IMG/VR virus record: IMGVR_UViG_3300021387_000308
Location: 38,037 to 102,036 of that record
Length of the DNA stretch: 64,000 nt
Strand: one strand, 5' to 3'
DNA from: a virus
Lineage: Duplodnaviria; Heunggongvirae; Uroviricota; Caudoviricetes
Of this stretch, positions 27,255 through 36,950 are shown one piece after another. The translations under genes and the position numbers were made by a program. The notes beneath the pieces were generated by a model. It was not told the origin of the DNA. It made no database searches and was given only the letters and a program-made list of their open reading frames with translations. How positions within the stretch are numbered: the stretch's first letter is position 1; each line of letters starts with the position of its first letter.

Positions 27255-28136
27255 ATGATATTAACTGCAAGAATTAATAATGAAGATGAATTTAGACTTG
27301 TTAGATTTGATTCACAGTCATTTATTTTAAATAGAGAATTATATATTCAAGGAACGGATTTTGGCGCTGTAAAAGAAGCTTGCCAAAACATTCAAACATT
27401 AGACATATACTCCGATGAAACTCTTATTTCATCGTATAAAAATTATGACACTTATGACAAAATCGCTTACCTCGGTACGGATTATGTACCAGGAGAAGAT
27501 AAGTTTGTGGATGTAATTATGGTCAGTTTGACGAAAGCAGACCTCATCGAGCAGGTAAAACGTCTCGATCAATAGTTAAATCCTACAATAGATTTTGATT
27601 CGATGTCACTTGAGCAATACAAGGACTACAAAATTAAAGAAATCCAGTCTGCTGTACAAGCTGATATCTTTGCTGGAAAGGAAGTAACTCTTTCTGATGG
27701 TAGTAAAGAATTCTTTGAATTCACACTGGAAGATCAAAGTAATATCGCAAACTTATATATGACAGTTATTTCTAGCAATGGTAAGATTACTGCTCTTCCA
27801 TTCCATAGCCATGGAAATTATTGTCGTGAATATTCTGTTGCTGATATTGTTCTGCTCTATATAGAAATGCAGAAATGTATTACTGAGAAAACTACTATTG
27901 CCAACTTCACAATTCAGAAAGCTCGTGAAGCGCTGACAAAAGAAGCCGTTGATGAAGTTTATTATGGTATGGAATTTGATACCGATACTGCTGATCAGAT
28001 TAATGCTATTCTTACGTCTACGCTTGCAACTATCAATGTAATGCTTCGTGAGTTAGGATTTATTACTGATGAAGAACCTAGCGATAATCTTAGTGAAGAG
28101 CCAGTAGTTCCAGATGAAACTGGTGAAGAGGAGTGA
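27255..28136 (+). CDS. hypothetical late protein (293 aa), acidic C-terminus; 1 TAG(Gln) joining track ORFs 27255..27575 and 27603..28136
   Basis: Both track ORFs are frame 3. Strong RBS gggagg only before 27255, none before 27603. Confidence 0.5.
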
Positions 28137-28142
28137 TGATTT

Positions 28143-28367
28143 ATGAAGAATATTAAAACTTCAAATGTTGTATTAATTGTAATAGCTATTGTATTAATTG
28201 TATTTACTACTGTATGTTTATATTTATTTGCAAAGATAGGCTCGGTTCCTGATTCACTTATTGGAGCCGTATTCGGTTCAGCATTGGGTGAGATGGGCTT
28301 TATGTCCTGGATACGTAACACAAAACAAAAGTATCGTGATGACGCACCACTTGAAGAGGAGGAATGA
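28143..28367 (+). CDS. holin-like small membrane protein (74 aa, TM VVLIVIAIVLIVFTTVCLYLFA, charged C-terminus)
   Basis: Track ORF. Stop overlaps the next start (ATGA). Confidence 0.55.
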   Translation: MKNIKTSNVVLIVIAIVLIVFTTVCLYLFAKIGSVPDSLIGAVFGSALGEMGFMSWIRNTKQKYRDDAPLEEEE

Positions 28368-28786
28368 TTATGACTGCTGCTACGTGGAATGATATTATGA
28401 GTGCTTGTATTCCGATTTTATGTCTGTTGATTACTGCTGGTGGAGCATATCTTGTTGCCCTGTTGAAGCGTGAAACAATGAAAATCGAAAAACAACTTGA
28501 TAACGAAATGATTAGTAAATATATTGAAATGGCAAATGATGCTGTCACTTAGGCAACTCTATATACTACTTAGGTATATGTTGAAACTCTGAAGAAACAA
28601 GGTGGATTTACTAAAGAAAAACAGATTGAAGCATTTAATATGAGTAAGCAAAAAGCTCTCGAAATTCTTGGTGACACTGCTATTAAAGCGCTGAATGAAA
28701 TTTATGGCGATCTAGATTCGTGGCTGAATACTAAGATCGAACAGGTTGTTTTTGAATCTAAAAATACTGTTGTAAAGGCAGAGTGA
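28364..28786 (+). CDS. membrane protein (140 aa; N-terminal TM then soluble helical domain), antiholin/spanin-like; 2 TAG(Gln)
   Basis: Track ORF 28364..28552 continues in frame 2 through TAGs 28550 and 28571 to TGA 28784-28786. Confidence 0.5.
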
Positions 28787-28790
28787 TTGT

Positions 28791-29210
28791 GTGAGTAAAT
28801 CGATTTTTAAATTTTTAGTATTATTTACATTCTTTGGAACTATCTATACTATTATAGAAACGATATTTAAATATCCTCGCTCTTCTCACTGGTCAATGTT
28901 TATCGTTGGTGGATTGATGGGATATTTTGTTGGGCTATTAAATAATGTAATCCCTTGGGAAATGTCGCTTATCTTATAGGCAATACTTGGCGGAATTGTT
29001 ATTACTATCACCGAGGGAATAGCTGGTATAATCCTTAATATTTGGCTAGGTTTAAATGTCTGGCATTATTCCTACATGACTTTCTTCTTTGGCTAGTGTA
29101 GTGTGCCATTTTGTATAGCATGGATATTTCTAGCACTAGTTGCAATAGTATTAGATGATTTCTTAAGATACTTTTTATTTGATGAGGAATGGCCTCATTA
29201 TAGATTATAA
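28791..29210 (+). CDS. 4-TM small membrane protein (139 aa); 2 TAG(Gln)
   Basis: GTG 28791 (track). Frame 3 through TAGs 28977 and 29094 to TAA 29208-29210 (end checked). Confidence 0.5.
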
Positions 29211-29215
29211 GTTTC

Positions 29216-29250
29216 TGGGCTACTATAGATAATATGGTAGCCCACTTTTA
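29216..29250 (+). terminator. possible terminator (TGGGCTAC-13 nt loop-GTAGCCCA then ctttta)
   Basis: 8-bp stem but a large loop and a weak T tract. Confidence 0.3.
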
Positions 29251-29268
29251 AATAAAGGAGGTGTTTTT

Positions 29269-29616
29269 GTGCTAACAATTCAGAAAACCAATATCTCTCT
29301 AACCCGTGGAGACTCTGCATATATTACTATGGTTATCTTTGATGGTTCTGGTAAGAAGCTTGAATTAACGAGTAATGACAAGGTACGATGCCAAGTAAGA
29401 GATGAGCCTGATACTGGTAACTTATTATTCGAGGGTCGAATTTTGAAATAGGATGATGACTATTTATGGTATATCAGACCAGAAGATACTATAGAACTTG
29501 ATACTGGTGATTATTATTGGGATGCACAAGTTGAATTCTCAAATGGAGATATTTTTTCATTTATTCCTGTTTCGAAATTTAAATTAATTAGTGAAGTAAC
29601 AATGGAGGAGGAATAA
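29269..29616 (+). CDS. hypothetical late protein (115 aa), 1 TAG(Gln)
   Basis: RBS aaaggagg then GTG 29269. Frame 1 through TAG 29449 to TAA 29614-29616. Confidence 0.5.
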
Positions 29617-29617
29617 T

Positions 29618-29947
29618 ATGGGTGCGAGTATACGTTAGAGCGGAAAGATTATAGCAAGTCTGTCCGATGCAAAACAAATCCGTGGTACTCTTATGGAAAC
29701 ATTCCTAAAGGGTGATCCTGGTGCATAGATACAATTACAGATTGCAAATGATTCTATCCTTCAATGGAAATATGATAATGAAACTGAATGGCATGATTTA
29801 TTTGATTTGTCAACTATAGATTATGAATTATTAACCAATCTCCCAACGCTCAATGGTAATGCGTTAGTTGGAGAATTGAATGATTTATTTATGTTACCAT
29901 CAGATGAGGTAACAGAATAGGAATTAATGAATTTATTAAATAATTAA
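29618..29947 (+). CDS. hypothetical late protein (109 aa), 3 TAG(Gln); paralog of the C-terminus of the 14345 gene
   Basis: ATG 29618 overlaps the upstream TAA. Frame 2 walk to TAA 29945-29947 checked. Shared motif ILQWKYDNETEWHDLFDL. Confidence 0.5.
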
Positions 29948-29963
29948 AGAAAGGAGGGAACAA

Positions 29964-31688
29964 ATGAAACCAAAATTTATTTCGTTGGAAAGATTTGCGA
30001 CATTTATAACGTGGTTAAAAGATGCTCTCCTCGGTAAAGTAGATAAAGAAGATGGTAAAGGATTGAGTGCCAACGATTTTACTGATTAGGATAAAAGTAA
30101 ATTAGATAATATCGAATCTGGTGCTCAAGTTAATTTAATTGAATCAATAAGTATTAATGGCGATGCGCAGACCATTAATCAGAAAAACGTGGATATTACT
30201 GTTCCTCTTGTTGATGACACTCTCACACATTCTGGGCAATCTGCTGATGCAAAAGTTACTGGTGATGCAATAGCTGATGTAGTAGCTGATGTAAATGCGG
30301 AACTTGCTACTAAACAGGACACTCTCTCGTTCGCAACTCCTACAGCCGAAGATGTTGGTAAAGCATTGATGCCTAAAACGGTAGAGAATGGTGTTGTTAC
30401 AGCTTGGGAATTTGGAGAAGCTGGATTGGTTGATGATGTCCAAATTAATGGCACGAGTATCGTGTAGGATAAGGTGGCGAATATACCACTGGCTAAGGAT
30501 GGTGTTGTTGGTGCAGTAAAAGTAGTTCCTATATTTGGTATAGCAACAGCTAACGATGGAACATTGTTAATAAACAATTCAACGTCAGATGTTGTAAAAT
30601 TAGGTGACAATAGTAATAGACCAATAACTCCAAATTATCAACATGAATCAACTTTCTATGGTCTTGCCAAAGTTGCGGGACACGATGAGAAGGATTCTAC
30701 ATTGCCTGTTGGTCAATACACCGATTCTGCAAAATCCGCCATTCAATCAATGTTAGGAATTGATACTGCTATCGCTGATGCTGTTGGTGATATAACCAGT
30801 TTTGAGTTTTAGGTTGTTGATGAGCTTCCAGCTACTGGGACTAAGGGTATTATTTATCTAATCCCACATCCACATGATGATAATGATGGATATGATGAAT
30901 ATATCTGGATTGATGATGGATTTGAGAAACTTGGGCATACTGATATTGATTTGAGTAATTATGCCACTATTAATTATGTTGATAGTGCATTGGATAATAA
31001 AATTGATGATGTTCAAATAGATGGGACAAGTATTGTAACTAATGGTGTAGCTGAAATACCTATTGCTAATATCAATACATTTGGAGTTCAAAAAGTAAAT
31101 GGGGCATATGGTATTGCGTCATCAGTTAATGGGACAACTTTATCCATAAATAGATCAACCACAGATAATGTAAAAAAGGGGAAAGAAACTTATAAACCTA
31201 TTGTTCCATCAAATCAACATGAAGCAGTATTCTACGGGTTAACAAAAGCTGCGGGAGTCGATATGGCTAATTCTGCTAATGAAATCGGTCAATACACGAA
31301 TGATGCAAAATTAGCAATCAAATCAATGCTTGGATTTGCTACATCTTCTGATATATCAGCGGCTATAGATAATCTTGTTAGTACTAGATATTATGTATGT
31401 TAGGATGGCGAATATGATCCATCAACTCACATTCCCACACTTGACGGTGAATTGGGAATTATTTATTTGGTACCGAAATATACTGAGCAATCAATAATCG
31501 GTTTTGCTACTATTGGAACTGCTATCGTTGTCACAGCAGATGATAATGCATATTATGAATATATCTTTACTGGAAGTAAGTTCGAGAAAATTGGTGATAC
31601 TAAAATTGATTTAAGTGATTATCTGATGGATTCTGATATAGCAACCGATGATTCTGTGAATACAATGTTGAATTAGGTATTTGTATAA
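29964..31688 (+). CDS. fibre protein (574 aa) with an internal duplicated module (...NGTSIV...PNYQHE..FYGL.K.AG...GQYT..AK.AI.SMLG...); 6 TAG(Gln)
   Basis: RBS aaaggaggg then ATG 29964. Track ORFs 30189..30467, 30474..30812, 30951..31403, 31452..31676 are all frame 3. TAA 31686-31688. Confidence 0.65.
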
Positions 31689-31701
31689 AAGGAGGAATAA
31701 C

Positions 31702-32418
31702 ATGAGTTATGTGAAAAATGTTTGGAGTGATGGAGATGTTATCACTGCAAATAAGATGAACAATATTGAAAATGGTATAGCTACGTTGCAAACCGACATG
31801 GGTAATATAACTGCTGAACCTATGATATCTATTACATGGGCAGAACTTAAGGCTAAACGTGATGACGGAAACCTTACGCCAGGTATGCAGTATCGCATTA
31901 CCGACTATGTTTGCACTACAACGCAGGAAGAAACTAGAGCAGTTAGTCATCCTTACGACATTATCGTAACAGCTGATAGTGCTAATACGCTTAACGAAAG
32001 CGCTATGGCTTGCTTGCATGATGGCGATGACTATTACACCGCCGAAGATCATTCCGCTAATCTTAAGGCTTGGGAACTTAAGTACTGTCTGGATAATGAT
32101 ACGACTAGATTTGCCTGGGCAGATGAGACAAACGGTAAGGGCGTTGTCTACTATCTTAAGGATGAGAAAGGTAACGAATGCCCTTACGATTTCAAACAGA
32201 TCCAGTTTAAGAGATACCTTATTACAGAATGCGAGAAAGTTCCTAGCTTGGTTAGCACCGCTGCTACGGCACTAATAGATTCTGCTATCATCACCGGGAT
32301 AGATGAAGATAACCCGGCTTGGTGCTATACGTTTACTAAATTTACAGGACCTGGCACAGTAGAAGATGCAACAGTATTAGGGTCACAGCATGAAGATAGC
32401 GACGGAGGTGGATATTAA
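31702..32418 (+). CDS. fibre module X (238 aa), no TAG; its core recurs fused inside the next gene
   Basis: RBS aaaaggagg then ATG 31702 (the track's 31681 start is an upstream TTG). TAA overlaps the next ATG (TAATGA). Confidence 0.6.
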   Translation: MSYVKNVWSDGDVITANKMNNIENGIATLQTDMGNITAEPMISITWAELKAKRDDGNLTPGMQYRITDYVCTTTQEETRAVSHPYDIIVTADSANTLNESAMACLHDGDDYYTAEDHSANLKAWELKYCLDNDTTRFAWADETNGKGVVYYLKDEKGNECPYDFKQIQFKRYLITECEKVPSLVSTAATALIDSAIITGIDEDNPAWCYTFTKFTGPGTVEDATVLGSQHEDSDGGGY

Positions 32419-34592
32419 TGAATGTACTTGGAAATAAAATAGCATATGCATCCTATCAAGATCAACAGATTCTTAATAATATAGTTTTTTTGGTAGTAAA
32501 CATTGGATGCTCTAATAACACCTTTGGTAATAACTGCTCTAAAAACACCTTTGGCGATGGCTGCTCTGAAAACACCTTTGGAAATGACTGCCGGAACAAC
32601 AACTTTGGCGATAACTGCAAGAACAACACCTTTGGTAATAGCTGCTACGACAACGTCTTTGACATCAACTGCTCTGAAAACACCTTTGGCAATGACTGCT
32701 ACAGCAACGCCTTTGTCAATAGCTGCTCTAAAAACACTTTTGACGATAATTGCACCGGCAACGCATTTGGCCGTGCATGCCTTGGCAACACCTTTGACAA
32801 TAGCTGCCAGGACAACACCTTTGGCGATAACTGCAAGAACAACACCTTTGGTAATAGCTGCGAAAATAACACCTTTGGCATTAGCTGCCAGAGCAATGCA
32901 TTTGGCGATAATTGCACCGGCAACGCATTTGGCGATAACTGCCAGAACAACACCTTTGGCAATGATTGCGCCGACAACACCTTTGGCGATAACTGCCAGA
33001 ACAACACCTTTGGCAATAGCTGTTATAGCAATACCTTTGATCATTGCTACGCTAATGTCTTAGAATTCAATTGCGGTTATCTTAAAGGCATGTATGACGA
33101 AACCGAAGGCACAACGGCACATTCATATCATGTGCTGCAATCAACTCATGGTACATCTGTTGAAGAATTATATGAACTCCCGACTAAGCCAGATACAGTT
33201 CTATCAGTCACTTACGTTGGAATGGACAGTAGCGGAAATATTACAACGTGGATCCTTGCCGAAGTTAACAATGGTGGTAGCGGTGGATCAGCTACACCAA
33301 TGGAATCCATTACATGGTCTGAACTTAAAGTAAAACGTGATGGTGGAACTCTTACACCTGGCATGTAGTATCGAATCACAGACTATGTCTGTACCACTAC
33401 GTAGGCAGAGTCTAGAGCTGTCAGCCATCCTTATGATATTATTGTGACAGCTGATAAAGTTAATGTGCTCAACGAAAATGCTAGGGCTTGTCTTCACGAT
33501 GGTGATGACTATTACACTGCTGAGGGACATTCTGCTAATTTAGCTGTTTGGGAGCTTAAGTACTGCCTGGATAACGACGAAACTAGGTTTGGATGGGCAG
33601 ACACCGAAAACGGTAAGGGCGTTGTTTACTATCTTAAGGATGAACATAATAACGAGTGTCCTTACGATTTTAAGCAGATTCAGTTTAAACGGTATAGGAT
33701 TACTGAATGCGAGAAAGTTCCTAGCATTGTTGGAGCCTATACGGCACCAATAGAATCTACTGTTATCACCGGAATAGATGAAAATAACCCAGTTTGGGGC
33801 TACACATTTTGTTATTATGGAAATAATCTAGACGATGCAACGGTATTAGATGCACAGCATTATTTAGATGACTGCGGAGTATTTGGAAATAAAATAGCGC
33901 CGGCGTACAATGGCGATCTAATGGTTCTTAATAATATAGTTTTTATAACTATCACCGACGGCTGCTACGGTAACACCTTTGACGAAGGGTGCGGTTACAA
34001 TACCTTTAGCATTACATGTTGTAACAACGCATTTGGCTATAACTGTCATAGCAACATCTTTAATGCTGGTTGCACCAGAAACGCATTCAACAATTCTTGT
34101 GTCGGGAATATTTTTAGTACTAGGTTCAAAGAAAATACTTTTGGCAATGAATGCCATGATAACATCTTTGGCAATGAATGCCATGATAACATCTTTGGTA
34201 ATGACTGCCATGATAACATCTTTGGTAATGACTGCTCTAACAACATATTCGGTAATAACAGTTATAGTAACACATTTAGTAATAACTGCTATAATAACAC
34301 CTTGGGCAATTCCTGCCCGTTCAATTCCTTTGGTAGCAATTGCCATAATAATATTTTAGAAAACACATGCGGTTATCTTAAAGGTACATATGATGAAACC
34401 AACGGCACATCAACACATTCGTGTCATGCATTAGCCGGAACTAGAGGACTGCCTGATCGATTATATGAGCTTCCGACTAACCTAGATTCAAATAAATCAG
34501 TCACTTACGTTGGGATGAAAAGCAACGGAAATATTATAACGTGGGTGCCGGCCGATGTTCATGATGATCCAGATGAGGGTGGGCTACGGTGA
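32418..34592 (+). CDS. beta-helix-type fibre protein (724 aa): 9-residue repeat array - tail - copy of module X - second repeat array - tail; 2 TAG(Gln)
   Basis: Track ORFs 32418..33368 and 33444..34592 are both frame 3 and joined through TAG 33366 and TAG 33402. Both TAGs align to CAG codons (31888, 31924) in the upstream paralog. Confidence 0.7.
32508..33057 (+). repeat. about 20 tandem 27-nt coding repeats (peptide C-x-x-N-T-F-G-x-x)
   Basis: Periodic NTFGDNC / NTFGNSC units in the translated ORF. The same units on the antisense strand create spurious ORFs. Confidence 0.7.
33963..34371 (+). repeat. second array of about 15 27-nt coding repeats (C-H-D-N-I-F-G-N-E type)
   Basis: Same 9-residue periodicity in the second half of the gene. 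Confidence 0.65.
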
Positions 34593-34738
34593 TGATTCTT
34601 TTGAGGATTAAATTATGGGAGTAACTTATAATCGTGGTGTCAGCTGATACTATACCACATAGAATTTATAAAAAATAATACTATTGAGTGATAATTATGT
34701 AATTAAAATTATTAAACATGAAATGAGGTGATGAAATA

Positions 34739-34972
34739 ATGGCAATTACGACATTAGACCAACTCAAGACATCTCTTTAGGCAACTAAAGTTTATATAGA
34801 TAATACTATTAATAGTGCAACTTAGAGAGGTACCTATACTCTCACTGCCACTGATAAAGAAGAAATTGCTGGAATGGTTTTACCAATATTACCATCAGTT
34901 GATGGTTCATATATATTAACAGTAACTATTAGTAATGGCAATCCTACATATGCGTGGCAATTACAAAGTTGA
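34739..34972 (+). CDS. hypothetical small late protein (77 aa), 2 TAG(Gln)
   Basis: RBS gaggtg then ATG 34739. Frame 2 walk to TGA 34970-34972 checked. Confidence 0.45.
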
Positions 34973-34996
34973 TATTAATTTAAGGAAAAATTTATT

Positions 34997-35191
34997 ATGA
35001 CACAATATTATATTGTAGAAATTAAGGTTAATGGAGAATTCGAACATCAGGTTCACTGAGCAAGTGCTACGTTGCTTACTTCTGATGGTCGCGCTATTAT
35101 GAATCAGTGCTATAGACATGAGATCGAGGAGGTAACTCCAGAAGTTGAGCCTACTCTAGAAGAAGATCACGTGGTTGAGCCTACTGAGTAA
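34997..35191 (+). other. small ORF with an in-frame TGA (35057-35059) separating two coding-like halves; possible readthrough/recoding or two tiny genes
   Basis: ATG 34997 ... CAC TGA GCA ... TAA 35189-35191, all in frame 2 (walk checked). The second half is GC-richer and acidic. Confidence 0.25.
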
Positions 35192-35212
35192 TGTAAATTA
35201 AATAATTTTTTT

Positions 35213-35245
35213 GGCTACTGTCTTATGATAGTAGCTTTTATTATT
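35213..35245 (+). terminator. terminator-like hairpin (GGCTACT-10 nt loop-AGTAGCT then tttattatt)
   Basis: 7-bp stem, T-rich tail. Confidence 0.35.
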
Positions 35246-35250
35246 GTGAG

Positions 35251-36933
35251 GTGAAAATTATGTCCGTAACAATAAATAATTTGGCTAAAAAAGCATGGAA
35301 GGTTTTTCTAAAAGAAGGGATGACAAAACAAGGAGCAGCTGGAATGCTGGGTAATATTTTTGCAGAAAGTGGAATGAATGCTTCTATTGTTGAATACCTA
35401 TGTCTTCAACGGCTTAGAGAAAATGGCAAAAATTATACTCAAGAATCATATAGATAGGCTGTTGACAATGGTAAAATTACGAGAGCAGAATTTTTAAATC
35501 CATTGCCAGGCAAATAGTATGGTTGGGGATGGACTTAGTTAACAACTCCTGTTCCACGAAAATCAGAGTTCTATGATAGAACAGTTGCCGTTGGTAAATC
35601 AATAGCTGATGAAGATGAGCAAATTAATTACACTATTTATGAACTTAAAACAAGATATAAAAGTGTGTGGAAAGTACTTACAACCACAACTTCTATTAAA
35701 ACTGCTTCTGATACTGTATTGAGAGATTTTGAATCACCAAGTAATTGGTAGCAATATAGTTCATTGAGAATGCAGTATTCTTAGGAGTATTATGATTATT
35801 TTAATAATCAAGCTACAGGCACGAAAGGAAGTGATGTTGTGTCAGTAACTAGAGAACAAGCAATTAATGCGATGATATCTACCGCAGAAGCTGAGATCGG
35901 ATATCTTGAGAAAGCTAGTAATTCTTAGCTTGATTCTAAGACGGCTAATGCTGGTAGTAATAACTATACTAAATATTGGAGAGATGTATATCCCGCATAT
36001 CAAGCCCAAGCGTGGTGCGCTTGTTTCGTATCTTGGGTGTTTATGAAAACATTTGGATAGGAAACTGCCAAAAAGCTTCTTAAACACTGGCCTTATGTTT
36101 ACTGCCCAACTATGGCATCATTGTTTACGCTTAATGCTAATCCGAAGAAAGGTGATATTGTAATCTTTTATCGCAATGGCACATTTGCTCATACTGGGAT
36201 TGTTGTTGGTGTAAATGGAGATTAGTTTACTACTATTGAGGGTAATACCTCGAATGGTTCTACTATTATTGCAAATGGTGGCGGAGTATGCAAAAAGAGT
36301 TATTACAACTCAAATCTGCCAGGTACTAAATTCTGTACTCCAGATTACTCAATAGTAACCAAGATTCTCTCTGGTAATACTACTATCAATACTACTACAA
36401 CCACTACTTCTACTACCACTACTACAACTACCTCTTCTACTTTGAATGAAACTCCAAAGTGGAAAGGTAAATTAAATCGTAATGCAAAAGTTCGTACTTG
36501 GGCTGGATCAGAAAATAAAGAAGTATCGTTTTCTCCACTCAAGAAAAATATCCAAGTAGAAGTGTGTGATACTGTTAAAGATACAAAGAATCGTAATTGG
36601 TATTATATCAAAGTAAATGATAAATTTGGTTTTATATATAGTAAATATATAGATAAAGTTGTTGCTAATACAACTAAACCAACTAAAACTACAACCGCCA
36701 AAACCACTACTACGCAATATCGTGTTCAAGCTGGAGCATACTCGGTACTTGCCAATGCAAATGCTACTGTAAAGACTCTGACCAAATCTGGGTATGATGC
36801 TGTGGTAGTCAAGAGCGGAAATAGTTATATTGCATAGCTTGGAATGTTTGGTTCACTAGCTAATGCAAATGCACTTAGAGATAAAGTTAAATCTGACGGT
36901 TTCGATGCCGTTGTTATTGCTATAAAATCATGA
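35251..36933 (+). CDS. multidomain peptidoglycan hydrolase (560 aa): N-terminal lysozyme-like domain (AAGMLGNIFAESG), CHAP/NlpC-P60 domain (AWCACFVSW ... HTGIVVGV), SH3b-like domain, C-terminal SPOR domain; about 9 TAG(Gln)
   Basis: GTG 35251 or ATG 35260. Frame 1 continuous through track ORFs 35251..35457 and 36442..36837 to TGA 36931-36933. Cys and His catalytic motifs of CHAP recognised; SPOR motif YRVQAGAYSVLANANATVKTL. Confidence 0.65.
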
Positions 36934-36950
36934 TGAGGAGATAAAAAGGA

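Noticed and set aside
32415-33044. Long minus-strand ORFs in the late region (32415..33044, 32699..33016, 33918..34346, 30179..30610, 15271..15627, 19436..19696)
   Set aside because: They are antisense to repeat-rich or Thr/Ala-rich coding sequence, are low-complexity, lack an RBS, and overlap well-supported + strand genes.
32508-34371. CRISPR-like or satellite array because of regular 27-nt periodicity
   Set aside because: The repeats are in-frame coding units (9-residue peptide repeat) with no spacer/repeat alternation and no cas genes nearby.
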